This document shows positions 13,060 through 27,419 of a stretch of 64,000 nt of DNA, one piece after another. The position numbers were made by a program, and so were the translations under genes. A model generated the notes under the pieces. That model did not search any database and was not told the DNA's origin. It saw nothing but the letters and a program-made list of their open reading frames with translations. The number at the start of each line of letters is the position of its first letter. Positions within the stretch are counted from its first letter, which is position 1. The stretch comes from Octopus vulgaris (Eukaryota), in the NCBI GenBank assembly GCA_951406725.2, contig OX597818.1:59520001-59584000 (forward strand), read 5' to 3'.

Positions 13060-13613
13060 AAGTTCATTTTCATGCACGCTTGCCATTCGAGCGGTTCGAA
13101 GCTGTGCTGTTTTATGCAAAACCTCCACCCTTATTGCAGCCCCTATTTGTTCCACGTACTTCTCGAGATTTTTGCTCACTGTTCCCAGGATTCCGACAAT
13201 TATTGGTACTACTGCTACCTTTTTCCTCGACCACAACTGCTTAACTTCCCAAGCTAACTTATCATATCCATCGAATTTTCTTTCTTCCGTCTCGCAAACC
13301 TTGTTTTCTACTGGGCATGCTATATTTATGATCTAGCATAGTTTAGTTTCTTTCTAAATTATCACCTATGTCCGTCTTCCTATTCTCTATCTGATGGTCG
13401 CACTGAATCATAAAACCCAATAGGATCTTTGCATATGTATTTTCGACGATGCCTTCAGGTTTGTGGCCGTACCAATCCTTTATCTGTCAAGTACATACTT
13501 GTTGCAGAGTGTCAAATGTATAAGCCTGGCTATATTGTCGTAGCGTCAATTATAATCCTTTTGGGCTAATGGCGTACATTGACTGGTAATATGCCATACG
13601 GTTTCACCGTTTT
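13060..13613 (-). mobile_element. R4/Dong-like RLE LINE 3' fragment
   Basis: Encodes WSRKKVAVVPIIVGILGTVSKNLEKYVEQIG..LHKTAQLRTAR, with an upstream zinc-knuckle/RHD relic. Homologous to 57034-57445. Confidence 0.75.
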
Positions 13614-13634
13614 AGTAGTAGTAGTAGCAGCAGC

Positions 13635-13680
<46 letters not shown>

Positions 13681-14189
13681 TTCTCATTAAATCTGTAACG
13701 TAACATAATGAATATGTTACTATATTTGATATTATTTGAGTGGGAGAGAGACTATTATTCAACATCGTGAAATTCCACGGAAGAGATGGCTCCTTTTTAT
13801 CCGGGAATAGCGCCACATGCGAATGACATGAAAAGGCAAATAAGAACTACGAAAAATAGAAAATACATAACAAAGAAACAAAGATACTTTACTGAACACA
13901 CAAACACATGGCAGGAATATTTCAACAAAAAACATCGCGTAACCGTCAACGTGAATGCCAAACACAATTACAACACATTTGCAAAAATCTATCAAGTTTT
14001 GTTTGATATTGAATTTCATGCTATTATTTCAAAATACAGTATAGATAATCGCTCGTATTAATGTCTAAATACTTTATCGTATTAATAGTTTTGACATTTT
14101 ATACAAAGAGCACTCATTGTAGATTCAATGTATAATATTCTAACAGAATATATTTCATTAATAATATATGCATATATATGTATACCTGA

Positions 14190-14445
14190 GTGTGTGTTGT
14201 GTGTGTATGTATATATCTATGTCGTTGTGTCTGTTTTTGTCCCCCATCCTTAATTAACAACCGATGTTGGTGTGTTTACGTCACCGCATTTTCTCGGTTC
14301 GGCAAAAGAACCAATAGAATAAGTACTAGCCTTACAAAAAATAACTCCTGGGGTCGATTTCTTCGGCTAAAAACCATTTAAGGCAGTGCTCTAGCATGGC
14401 CACACTTAATGACTTAAACACCTGAAAGAATGAAAGAATAAAAGA
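14190..14445 (+). mobile_element. SINE B 3' half (diverged)
   Basis: ACAACCGATGTTGGTGTGTTTACGTC..GATTTCTTCGGCTAAAA..GCATGGCCAC. Confidence 0.75.
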
Positions 14446-16025
14446 AGACTAGATATTTTGGAGATCCAGAAAAAAAAACGAGAGGGAAAGTAAGTTGAAG
14501 CCAAATTTGAACTTACGAGCAAATGCTTGGGGAGAGCGCCACCTGATACAATGTCTGGCCTACAAACGGGTCTGACATTGCGCTGCGTTTAGAGTAAGAC
14601 GTCATAATTAGCCAATACAATTCTGTTTAGCAATTTATCGTTTCTGCTAAATAAAATTAGAAAAAAAGTATAATTGGAAGCGACAGTAAAAAAAACAAAT
14701 TTTCAATGCTTGAACCTGATATAAATCAATACGCCACCGATGCGTTTGAAAACCTACGACTAAATTAGCTAAAATATATCTTGAATTAACTCCAACAAAA
14801 ATTGAGCGAGTGAGAACGAAAGGCCGCATCTATTGTTGCTTCAGAATTTATACCAGAATTTTGATACGCCTGAAATCGATAAACCGGTCAGTGATAGCGT
14901 TTTGTAGTGTGGTAGCGATTTACGTACGAAAAGATATTTATCAATACTTCTTGACAAAATCAGTCAGCCGTGAAGTTTTGGGGTCAAAGTAACTATTCAT
15001 GCACAAGTGCATATGGTTTTTAAGCTTCACTTATTTAACATTCTATATTGAATATTGAGTTGGAGGTTTTATAGTTCAAAAATAAAACACTCTGGAGAGG
15101 AGTTTTGTACAACGGATTTTGTTTTTCATTGTTTACAGGCCATTAAAAAAATATACACGCCGGATATATGAACCGCAAATGAATTATTCCTGCTGTTCGC
15201 TTGCCAGATTAATACATTTATTTTTAATAGAAATGAATATGCTTATAACATATTTTCTGTTAGGCACTGAGCATTAATCATCTCACATTGTTATTTTGTG
15301 GCTGCGAGGCATCATTAGGATAAATATTTGATTTAAAGAGAAAGCGAAAAGAGAAAGCTGTTTAATATGGCGTATAAAATAAACCACCCTCATGTTTGTT
15401 TTTGTACTATATTACTCTCTCTCCTCTGAACTTAGCATTCAGAACTTACTAGTCATGTGTTCTTCGCCAACATTCTTTTAATATCTGTCCTTTGCTATAT
15501 ATATATGTTTATATTTATACGTGTGTATGCATGCCTGTGTGCACGTGAGTGTATGTGTGTGTATGAACATAGATAGATATATAGATAGATATGATTTATG
15601 TACTGTTCTCGCATTAAGAGCTATACTCCAAAAGCATTGGTTAGCCCGAGGCTTCACTGGAGTATTCATAAGCAAACTATCCCACAATATAGATAGAAGA
15701 ATGGATTAATGGAAGTAAATCTTTAAAAACGAAGCTATAAGTGCGCTTCTCATATAATCATGTTGTATTGCGCTGACAAATATTAACCCTATCCCCGGCT
15801 AGTTTGCACCAACCTTTCTTTCAGAAACTGGATACTCGAAAATGGAATTACGAAATGTAATGAATTGTCACCGTTTGAGCAATATCAGACAATGAAATAC
15901 ATTTTAATGTTTCGTAAAATATAGTTATACAACCACACGTACAAGCTTTAGTTCGTTACATTAAACCAGAGCCTCAACCCTTTGAAAATAATGTAATCGT
16001 ATTTACAGTTTTAATGAATAGTAAA

Positions 16026-16352
16026 AGGAGCACTCCGTCGGTTACGACGACGAGAGTCCCAGCTGATACGATCAACAGAACAGCCTGCTCGTGAAATTAA
16101 CGTGCAAGTGGCTGAGCACTCCACAGACACGTGTACCCTTAACGTAGTTCTCAGGGAGATTCAGCGTTACACACAGTGTGACAAGGCCGGCCCTTTGAAA
16201 TACAGGTACAACTCATTTTTGCCAGCTGTGTAGACTGGAGCAACGTGAAATAAAGTGTCTTGCTCAAGGACACAACGCATCGCTTGGAATCGAACTCACG
16301 ACCTTACAATCGTGAGCCGAATGCCCTAACCACTAAGCCACGCGCCTTCACT
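16026..16352 (-). mobile_element. SINE D (different tRNA head plus CORE-like domain) with tail type 1
   Basis: Head GGCGCGTGGCTTAGTGGTTAGG..GAGTTCGATTCC, then GTGTCCTTGAGCAAGACACTT, then the same tail as SINE C at 35794. TSD TTTAATGAATAGT. Confidence 0.88.
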
Positions 16353-16861
16353 TTAATGAATAGTTTCGTTTTGCTTACAGCGAACAGATGCATATGCTTT
16401 TCTTGGCTGGTAGATTAGAGTTATAATTGGAATTCTTCACAGAGTATCTGCCAAAGTTCAATGACATGTAGACTTCCCACTCCGTACGCTTAATGGTTAA
16501 TCAAATTAGATATCGGAATTCTCTTCGTTGCATTTCTGAGAAAGGATTTTCATTAACGTTAATAACATTTCTTCTCATTTATCGGTGAAATTCCAAATAT
16601 ATTTTGTTCTGTTTGAAACTCGTTTCCGAACAAATGGACCAAGATTAGTTTAGTGCAATTATTGTACACATAAAACCGTGACTGAACAGCAGCTTAGTTA
16701 TTCCAGGATTAATTATCTCTTGTATAATCAGCTGAACGAGTTTTCATTTTAGCCTGATTGCGCGGGGTTCTGAAAATAGTGCGCATTGTGACAACGAGGT
16801 TTCATGTTAGGTTACACTACAGGATTGGTACGCAAGATAATTTTAGACTTCACTTCAGTTA

Positions 16862-17235
16862 TCTAACTAAAAGCTGAAGTTGTCTGTGTATGGCAGGTTT
16901 GGTAGCCTTCAACTAACACTATCTCCTCCGCGATAGTTGAACAAAATTGAGAGTATGATAGAAGGCTGGCTCCTCTTCATTCCGTAGAAGACAAAATTGA
17001 AATCGGACCATTTTAGCACCAAAAAATATTTACATCAAAAGGTGCTTTTTTTCTATGAAAATCCCTATTTTGTACGATTTTTTTACTGCTGTGTCGCCAT
17101 TTTTCGGTGTATTTCAACCGGAAAAATGTTCACTTAAAGAGAATAACAAGCTACATAATGCAAATTTTTACTTTTCAAAAATTCCAATTCTAAAAGGTCG
17201 AAACAAACCCGAGCAACGCCGGGTGATACTGCTAG
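16862..17235 (+). mobile_element. Non-autonomous Helitron
   Basis: A|TC start, CCCGAGCAACGCCGGG hairpin, then GATACTGCTAG|T end. No TSD. Confidence 0.82.
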
Positions 17236-19718
17236 TTTTCACATAAGATAGATTCTTGGTAAACAGGTTATGCGGAACATAAGCATATACATATATACAT
17301 ACACGTGCGTGTGTGTGAATTACAAAGCCTGTCACGTGAGACTTGATGTTTGCTTCCATCAACGTCAATTTAGTATGCGCGTGTGTACGCGTGTACGTAT
17401 GTGTGCGTATAATATTTCGCGAAATAAACTCAAGAATTTGAGTGTGCGTGAAGCGTGTAACCAACGACGTTCATCAAATGCGAAATGAAAAGGCAAACAT
17501 GAATATATATTTGTCCTGTCTGTGTACGAGAGGATCTCGAATAGTCTAAATGCGTAATGACCATACAACAGTTATGGTTATCACTTTATTTTATTCTGGA
17601 ATAATGTATTTCGGATAAATGCATTCTAGCATTTTAAAGTGCTACATTTTTGTGTTTTGCGGAATCATATATTTTTTGTATTTCCTCCATAGAAAATCTT
17701 TTTGTATCAACTCATTTAACATTTGCCTTGTTGGTTCGAATGTCACTTGCATATATATAATCCATTGCCCTTTACAATACTGTATTCTTATCTTACCTCT
17801 AGCAGAATCCAAACCCTTTTCGGCACAGCCACTGCTTTTTCATTCACGATATTTACTTTATCGGAGTACCTCTCTAATTTCCCTTTCTATTGTAGTACTC
17901 TGTAATTTTTATTTACACCTCTCCTTCTTTATTCTAGATACCTTTTTCTCCTTCATGTACTATTCCTTCCCTGATTATATTTTTCTGTCATCGATTGCAG
18001 ACGATATTACAAAAACACTGATTCATAAAGGAAACTATTAACTGTATCGGCGCGCTCAAGAGAATAAATGGCAATCTTGACTGCAAGATTAGATCACATT
18101 ATTTTAGAAGAACAGAAATTGAATCATTCAAAGAATTTTAAGCTATTCTACGTGTCACCGCCCTTTCTGGTAATAAATAATGAGTTTAAGCCAACCATTT
18201 CATGCATAAATTAAGTTACAATTCATAATCTATATATTGCTAGCAATGTTTCATTTTTACGACCATATTGATCAATGAGACAAACATATAATGATACCCC
18301 TCTGCACAAGCTTCTATGTGTGTAAATGCTTTTATTTTATGCGTGAGAACATTTCGATATTTACATACTTTTCTGTTTATCAATTAGTATATCGTAACTT
18401 CACTCCAATGTCTGCAATGCTGAAGTGTCTAGTGTTAATAGATATTGCGGTCATAAATACCCTTCCCATTCGTGCGATATTACGTTGATAGACACCAGGA
18501 TTACGTTTTCTAACGTGCATTTCCTGTTTTGTTTTAACAGTAATGGTGGAGTATTTCGCTGCTATTTCCAGCAGATCAAACGACCATATATAGATACCTA
18601 TTTTGGTTCGTACATATCTGGTATTTTTATTAAGCGACTTCAACTCGCAGAGCCTGGCATGGTTGCTTGTAAAAGACCGCCAATTTTAGCAATTGAAGTT
18701 ATCATTTAAGGTCTTTTCTCAGCTTATTATCAGTTCATTTGGGTTAGCTGGTTAATGGGATTGCATCAATTAATGACGATGAAGGGAAATGATATGGAGT
18801 GCCTAACACTCGACAGTAAAGTATAGTGTATTAAATGCAGTAATTCATACAAATGTAAAATGGCTTGTTGCCCGTAATCTATTCATTATGTAACTTATTT
18901 TACTGGGATGAAAGTGATTTGATTGCTCTTTCATTTTATGTAACATACTTGAGATTATAGAGGATGCGTCAACAGAAATTTGATGCCAAGTCCTTTGGGA
19001 ATATTGTGTACACTAGCATTATTATTTATCTGTTGGAATAAATGAACCCCGCTTAATAAACTAGATGCTAAGATATTAACGTTGCCTATTATCGTACATT
19101 TACGTTAATTATAGCTGGCAATTTGCCGCGACAGATATCTGGATCGTGGGTGAATTAACGCATAGAGAATTCACCAATATAATCAAAACTGCATTTGAAT
19201 AGAACGTGCATAGACACTCGAACTGATTTCGAAATTAATGAATCTCTTGAATCAATTCTGTGCTGACGCATGCGGTAAGTATGAAAGGATGTGATGTTTT
19301 GAGTGGTTGTGCATCTCTTAGAAGTGTTCGAAAACAGCATATCAACATACGAGATACATAAACTCAGTGCGTTGGCAGATTCATTAACTCGCTGGGGAAA
19401 ATGCTTAGCGCTATTTATTGCAGTTTTATGTCCTAAGTTCAATGGCCGCAAGGTTCGACTTTGCTTTTGATCTTTTTCAGTATTTACAAATTAAGTAGCA
19501 ATTAACTATTTGGGTTGATGTTATCGACAAGGCCTTCTACCGACAGTGGACAGAAATATATGAGATATGTATAATATGTTGAGATTATATGAGAGGAAAT
19601 CACTGGGATTTGAACCCCACACATGAATATATATTCTAGACTTGAAAACCTGTTCTAGAACATATTTCCATCAATTGGTGTTGTTGTAGTTGGTCAGCCA
19701 GTGCTAAATTCTGTCGTT

Positions 19719-19925
19719 GATGACAGTCAAGGCTGATCTGGAGCACAACCTAGGCCCCCATATCTACGGCGTTCGCCGCTGTAATAAAGAGTGGTTAGAG
19801 ATCACGCGGTCGTTAGCCTCAAATTGACATATCTGGTCGGCGTTTGTGAGAGATGCAGCATTGAGGATGAATGAAGCCAGCTCAACCCACCCCGGGTTAA
19901 TGCTGTCACAAGACAAGACAAGAAG
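19719..19925 (+). mobile_element. RTE-clade LINE 3' fragment with 13-bp TSD
   Basis: TVKADLEHNLGPHIYGVRRCNKEW..WSAFVRDAA..SSTHPG, (CAAGA)n tail, TSD AAATTCTGTCGTT at 19706-19718 and 19926-19938. Confidence 0.85.
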
Positions 19926-21324
19926 AAATTCTGTCGTTCACCACAAAGGGTTTAAAACTTTGATAAAGAGCGTAAGCTTTGCGACGAGTGATTTGATATG
20001 ATTATACTTCTGAAGACGCAAAACCAAGGGGCCATATGAGTTTGTTATTTCCGGATTGCTAATTGGCAGGAATATCATTATTTCCGGTCGTAAGTACAAA
20101 ATAATATGACTACTTTTGTATCTTCACGGCGTGTGGTTAAACGATTTCCGATTGGTAAAGCATTCTTGTAGATTTAGAGTCTTAAAGACCGGTCACTGCA
20201 GGCCTCTAGCAGAATCGAAAGTTAGTGATTTCGAATCTCCCCCAAGTATTACTGAAAACGAGAGATAGACTTGAGGAATGCATGTGTGACTTAGAAGAAA
20301 TACTTTGGTTGTAAATATTGTCCAGATAATGCCATGTCATAATGAAGATATCTGCTTTATTCCAGAATATTCAACGGAATGTTTCCTCACTTAAATTATC
20401 CAATGCTGCAAGATTAATTCTCGAAATGGTGAAGATTCCATGGCCGATATTTTCCAGGATCTGCTTTTCATAAATACATACATACACACATACGCACGTA
20501 CATACATACATACATACTTGAACTGTGGTTGGCCACTGTCATATATCTGACATTCTTACAACTACACCTCGCTCTAAACGAGCTGCAGCCTGCATTAAGG
20601 ATTGACCAGAGAATAGACTTGATATCGTGATCCTTAAAAGGCTGTTAGAGTCATTTTCTATTTGGCTAAGGGGATTTTACAGAGTACATATATCGGCTTA
20701 CAGCAGAACGCAAACAAGGCATCGCAGAAAATGTATTATATAGCCTTTAGATTTGCATTTCAGTATTAAACCAGAGGGCACCACTGCAACAACAGCATGG
20801 GAGAGGAATCAGTTGGAAATAAATAATCGATCTGTGGTAAATTATCATTGTTAATTAAGGTTTTTATGAAAAGCTCGTCTCTACCTTTCTTTAGTGGGCG
20901 AACTGATAGTTCTGGCTTAGACTAATGCCAACGTTGAGATTGTTAACACAGGGGATGGCGTGAAAAGAAACGGTCGTCAGACGTTTGCTCTCCCATGAAA
21001 TAGTTTTCAACTTATTAAACAATCATTTGATGTGAAGCAAATGGTGTGGGTCAACAATAGAATATATACCGTAAATCACGAGAGAGAATAGCAAATTTCC
21101 TCGAAAATGGATCGGTTCCTGAGTTTCGCTTTGTAACTGATGTCAAAAGAGATTGTATATTAGGAAGAAAATGTCCCCTTTTATGCCTGTTAATTTACTT
21201 AATGGTAGATGTTCAGTTTCTGCATATTAGCTTACGCACTCCATCAAATCGACATTGCCTGAACGTCACGTGTCGAGCCAGACTTCAAATAATGAAGTAA
21301 ACAATGAGCAATGTTCTTTCTTTT

Positions 21325-21543
21325 TTCTTTAGTACCCACAAGGAGCTAAACACAGAGGGGACAAACAAGGACAGACAAACGCATTAAGTCGATTACATCG
21401 ACCCCAGTGCGTAACTGGTATTTAATTTACCGACCCCGAAAGGATGAAAGGCAAAGTCGACCTCGGCGGAATTTGAACTCAGAACGTAACGGCAGATGAA
21501 ATATGGCTCCGCATTTCGCCCAGCGTGCTACCGTTTCTGCCTT
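21325..21543 (-). mobile_element. SINE A monomer
   Basis: Family A consensus. TSD-like AGCAATGTT. Confidence 0.85.
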
Positions 21544-23035
21544 ATAAATAGCAATGTTTGATTTAGTGTTTTTCTTAAGAACGCAACACACCACCCAGTC
21601 AAGTATTGAACGCACGGTCTTGTGATCGTGAATGCAACACCTTAACCACTCAGTCTTGTGATCGTGAGTGCAACACCTTAACCACTCAGTCATGTGGCCT
21701 CACATTACTCAAATATAATGGTCAATATAATTGCCGATATCTCTCCCCACCAAACGTTACTCGTCGCATTGTACTTATGTGGAAAAAAAAAAACATTATC
21801 TTTAGGCTAGTTACGTCCATACCACCGATTCTCCTTCGTTGTTAACTTTATTTTTTCCGATATTTCAAGCATCTCATTACATAAAAAAAAATATTTTTGT
21901 CTGTCGGTTTTGCTGTAATTTTTTCTTGTTTCTTCTAAAACATTTCTGTGTCTTGTTTTCCTGATTTCTATAACTGTGTATCAGTATCAGTCACGGATGT
22001 TTTTTTCTTCTCACTCTTTCATGTAAATATTTTGTTTTTCGATACAACGGATTGAAACACTAGATGCTTGTTTATTACGTGTCGTGTTATTTTCTTACAT
22101 TGTTATTTATATTATCATTCTCTGTATATAGATTTATGGTTTTGTTTTCTTTTTTTTTTTTATATACACTGTGTTAATTTTATTTTTCAGTTGACATTAA
22201 AGGATAAATATTTTTGTCCACCTTCTTTTCATTTTTTTAATAATTTATTTTTTATTATTGGATATGGTTTGTTTTTTTTTCACTCATAATTTTTCTATTC
22301 TTTAGCCAACCCAACTCAATATATCACCTATAATGCTGGAAGCATTATCGGCGAATGGATACTTGTAATGATGATACACGTAAATCTGTGCAAATCCTTT
22401 TAATGTCTCCTCTTATTACTTCCTTCTTAATTGCCAGTAGTATTTTACCTCCTGATGAAGTATCTTTTTTTTACCTTCTCGTATTGTCTATTTTACATTT
22501 ATTCATAGTTCGCCATTATTTCTATAAATCTTACCAACTTAAGGACTTATTTAAGTGTATTTATTTTTTTGCCCTACACCTGTACTTTTGGCTTATGTTG
22601 AATATTTACTGCCTCTTTATTTATATGATTTTGTATATTCTTATGCGTTTACCCAATCTAAACAATCTTTATTGATGTTTTAATATTTGGGTTTGTCTTG
22701 ATTTTGTTATTGCTACAGACATTTCCGATCACTTAACCTTTTGGCTAACAAATCAATTATTTTTACTAACCTTTTGAAATGTTTCTAAACGAATTATCCT
22801 ACCCTGTACATTAGTTAATTAAAACCAATCAATATTTAGAAAAGAGTTATTATATTAATTGTTCTGTTTATTTTAGAATTTGTTTTCTTTCATCACAGCA
22901 AATTTACATGTCATGATTTTTTGTTTTTCAGAAATCACATTGTGTAGTTCCTCTCCAGCCGCTCTAAAATTATCTTGTAGTTATTATATGGCACAGTTAG
23001 AGAGGAACCTTCGAGGCCTACAGCTTTTCGTTGGA

Positions 23036-23272
23036 AAGGCGGTGAGCTGGCAGAAACGTTAGCACGCCGGGCGAAATGCTTAGCCGTATTTCGTCTGCCG
23101 TTACGTTCTGAGTTCAAATTCTGTCGAGGTCGACTTTGCCTTTCAACATTTCGGGGTCGATAAATTAGGTACCAGTTACGCACTGGGGTCGATATAATCG
23201 ACTTAATCCGTTTGTCTGTCCTTGTTTGTCCCCTCTATGTTTAGCCCCTTGTGGACAATGAAAAAAAATAAG
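23036..23272 (+). mobile_element. SINE A monomer
   Basis: Family A consensus. Confidence 0.88.
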
Positions 23273-24199
23273 AGGCTTATATGTTGGTAGAATAAGAACC
23301 AGCGCTGTAAAAAGTTAGTCATACTTAATTGATATTTTATCACCAGCTTACGGTGTACGTATTGTATCACAGCGATTGTGTACAAATTAATAATTCAAAT
23401 GCCATATTCTAATTAGCAATAATATTTTTACTGCATTTTGGAAATAGAGGAGGTAACTCGAGGCATCTTTTAGAATATGAAGACGATTAATACCGAAATA
23501 TTGTCAGCAATTGTCCAACATTCATGTCAAGATAATTTACAAACTATTTGTCTTTGAGAAGTCAAATATTTTCCTCACCATATAAATATATTTTATTATT
23601 TTTAGTTCCTAATGCATTAAATACGTTAACACTAAGTTAATTACTATTTTTTGCTGCTGTTACGTTTTCCAATGTCGATGGATAATTCCTTTTCCAAAGG
23701 AATCTAACTTTTAAATTTAATAGTTTGCATGTTTATACATGATACGGATTCCAAATTTTGTTGCTTTATTTTCCCAATATTTAAGCTTTAAAATTCCTAA
23801 GACCTATACATTTCATATTCATCCAGAGTTTTACAGTTTCTTATTAAATTTTAATAATGGAGAATTTCTCTTGACTCGCACACCTGTGATCTGCACGAAG
23901 GCTATATTTGTATTCCCTATTAATAGATCGATCCGTGATAATCAATGTCTTTTTTATGAGTTGCATTCATGGTGGTGATTTGTCAGAGTCTACTGAAAAA
24001 TATTAATAATGCTAAACGTAGAAGATCAAACAGAATAGCATTATAAAATAAATAAATTTGTCATCGTACTCAATATATGCTCTCGTAAACAGTTTATAAG
24101 CTTGTTCTTCTATCGAGTTGCAAATCTGTATTGTATATTATCATTATCTTTTATCTTTATTCGAATAACTATATTTTTATAATATCCTCCGTTGTTGTC

Positions 24200-24238
<39 letters not shown>

Positions 24239-24268
24239 GTTATTATTATTATTGTTATTATTATTATT

Positions 24269-24627
24269 ATAGCGTACTTTCACTTCACTACCGAGCGCAG
24301 GTCTGTGTGCCTTGGGTATGTGCTGTGATTTGTTGTGATGCTCTGATGGTTACTGTATTGAAAGTGTTCTGCGTAGGATGTGTGCAGTGCCTAGTAGTGC
24401 AATTTGCTGTATGCTATATGTGTTTGTATGTCCTGGTGTTTTTGTTATGTATTTGTCTGAATATTCTTTTTATGATACCTAACGCACCTACTATGATAGG
24501 AATTATTTCTTTTTAGATTCCACATTCGAGTTACCTCTATTTCCAGGTCTTTGTATTTTGAAAGTTTCTCCATTTCTTTTAGAGACACGTTGCCATCTGC
24601 TAGTATTGATACATCAATTAGAAAGCA

Positions 24628-24628
<1 letters not shown>
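24269..24628 (-). mobile_element. R4/Dong-like LINE 3' fragment (copy 1) in (TAA)n array
   Basis: Diverged duplicate of 24699-25060, with (TAA)n on both sides. Confidence 0.8.
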
Positions 24629-24681
<53 letters not shown>

Positions 24682-24685
<4 letters not shown>

Positions 24686-25262
24686 TAGTTTTATTTTTAT
24701 AGCGTGCTTTCACTTCACTACCGAGCGCAGCTCTGTGCTTTGGGTATGTGCTGTGATTTGTTGTGATGCTCTGATGGTTATTGTATGGAAAGTGTTCTGC
24801 GTAGGATGTGTGCAGTGCCTAGTAGTGCAATTTTCTGTATGTTATATGTGTTTGTAAGTCCTGGTGTTTTAGTTATGTATTTGCCTGAATATTTTTTTAT
24901 CATGCCTAATGCATCTACTATGATAGGAATTGTTTCTGTTTTTAGATTCCACATTCTGGTTACCTCTATTTCCAGGTCTTTGTATTTTGAGAGTTTCTCC
25001 ATTTCTTTTAGAGACACGTTGTCATCAGCCGGTATTGATACATCAATTAGAAAGCATTTTTTTCTTCATGATCTCTGACAACTATATCTGGTCTGTTGGC
25101 CTTAATTTCTCTATCTGTGTGTATCGGCATATCCCAGAGTATGGTTGCTTTCTCGTTTTCTGTGACCTTTTCTGGTGTGTGCCTATACCATCTTTTTTCT
25201 GTTGTTATTCCATAATGTTGGCATAGCTTCCAATGTATGTAGGTTCCAATGTATGTAGGTTT
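24682..25262 (-). mobile_element. R4/Dong-like LINE 3' fragment (copy 2) in (TAA)n array
   Basis: KEMEKLSKYKDLEIEVTRMWNLKTETIPIIVDALGMIKK..IQKIALLGTAHILRRTL, with upstream ILWDMPIHTDREIKANRPDI (RLE domain). 3' end runs into (TAA)n. Confidence 0.88.
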
Positions 25263-25804
25263 TTATTATTATCATTATTATTATCATCATTATTATTAGA
25301 ACGGCGTACTGGTGAAATCTCTAAGCACTTTGCGGTATGTAATTGCATTTCTCTAATCTCTGTGTTCAAATCCCTGTGGTTTATATCTTGATGGATTCGA
25401 TAAAATCAGTACTAGTCAAATGCTGGAGTGGATAAGGCCAACTATATCGGTTTCAGTACTTGACTGGTGTGTAGATCCTTACTTTAGTGGTCACGGCGTT
25501 GCACTCATAAAGGCGAGATTGTGATTTTGATGCCTGGAACGTGCAATACTTTCCCTTTTCATCTTTTTCATTGATGCAGTTCAGTCGGCTCTTCAAAAGC
25601 GATGAACCTGCGTCCCGTCCAATGGCAGGTAATATATACACCACAGAACCCAGGAAACCGGGTTTATGAGCTTATAACTTGAGAAGGACATTTCACTTGC
25701 CTAATATAAATATCAACCCCAAATGGATGAATGTTAACATTCTTAAAATATATGACGTTTGGTAGAAACAACTTTTATTCTTATTATTATTAATGGTACT
25801 GCAA

Positions 25805-26194
25805 AAGGCGGCGAGCTGGCAGAAACGTTAGCACGCCGGGCGAGATGCTTGGCGGTATTTCGTTTGGCGTTACGTTCTAAGTTCAAATTCCTTTCGGGGT
25901 CGATAAATTAAGTACCAGTTACGCACTGGGGTCGATATAATCGACTTAATCCGTTTGTCTGTCCTAGTTTGTCCTCTCTGTGTTTAGCCCCTTGTGGGTA
26001 GTAAAGAAATAGGTATTTCGTCTGTCGCTACATTCTGAGTTCAAATTCCGCCGGGGTCGACTTTACCTTTCATCCTTTCGGGGTCGCTAAATGAAGTACC
26101 AGTTATGCACTGGTGTCGATGTAATCGACTTAATCCGTTTGTCTGTCCTTGTTTGTCCTCTCTGTGTTTAGCCCCTTGAGGGTAATAAAGAAAT
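25805..26194 (+). mobile_element. SINE A dimer
   Basis: Two units. 20-bp TSD TTATTAAT(G/T)GTACTGCAAAA. Confidence 0.88.
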
Positions 26195-27200
26195 TATTAA
26201 TTGTACTGCAAAATCAAAAAATTGCTGACCGAAATTTCTAAATTAATTGCATCTCTTTCATTCTGAGTTCAAACAGCCCCAGTATAAACTCTGTATTTTC
26301 CCTTTAGGGACCCATAATATAACCAACATAGAAGTTGTGAATTACTGTGTTATTCGAATTATTCTCCTCTTCCATGACAATATGTGCTTTTTTGATTATG
26401 CATTCACGTATTATCGCTATTAATGTGCATTATAATAGCAACGTATCTGCGGTTAGAATTATGTTAATGAAATCACATCGAATCTTTAATTCCATCGCTA
26501 AAAACTAATAAGTCTCTCATGTAAAAGAAATATGCATAAGTGTACTTTATTCACGATGTGAAACATTTTTTTTTTAGTGACGCCGCTTAATTAACCGCTA
26601 ATTAGGTTTTCAACAAGAATACATTATCTGGCGAGAGAGTATTGATGAAGATCGATACAACGCATCGGACTTATCTTTGTTAAGAAAATGAAATGATCTT
26701 ACACCGTCTGTTGAAATTAATGTCATTAGTTCTGCTAATTATGATAGCTATTTATAGCTGATATCTACCGTTATATTTTCTTTCGTATAATTATTTTACA
26801 ATATGTCAGTCAACCATTAGTCATCGTACATCTACGATCTGATAACAACTGACTCATTTATTTTTTCTACTGATACTAAAAGATAAAATTGAAAGAAAAG
26901 AATAATTTGTTACTGTATTTCAGTAGCTTCTTTCGATAGTCATGAGAGACGAAAAACAGAGATCTAAAATATTGTGGTTTCATATCAGTCGTTATACGTG
27001 TATCGTCATACACAGTGTCTTTACTCTGGGTTATTTGTAAAATAATCAATATATTTGATAATTACGTGTTGTTAGCAATTTTAACGATAAAAGTTTATTA
27101 GAAAAATTAATTTCGATTCGCTCGACTAAAGTCGGTGCTCCAGCATGGCCGCTGTCAAATAACTGAAACAAGTAAAAGAATAAAAGAATATATATATATC

Positions 27201-27395
27201 AGTCGCCATGATAGATCGGTAGCCACTACACACATATTTTTCTTCTCTCCTTGTTTTTCTGTGTCCCTTTCTGTAGAAGAGCGTAGGCTCGAAACGAAAA
27301 AGACCATTTCAATTCCCGAGCGTTATACTAATACATCTGTTTCTTTTGTACACCACCTGTCTTCATTTTTTGTTCTTTTTTCGTGAACTCTCCCG
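27201..27395 (+). mobile_element. Penelope-like 3' terminal fragment with variant hammerhead
   Basis: CTTT-CTGTAGA-A-GAGC-GTAG-GCTC-GAAACG-AAAAAG. Second copy of the 6212 family. TA-flanked. Confidence 0.65.
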
Positions 27396-27419
27396 ATACA
27401 TATATATATATATGTATTT

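Noticed and set aside
20050-20980. Possible pogo/Tigger transposase relic on the minus strand (LDNIYN; IG-KSFN-like)
   Set aside because: Motifs are too decayed to support by eye and no TIRs were found. It needs a frameshift-aware tBLASTn.
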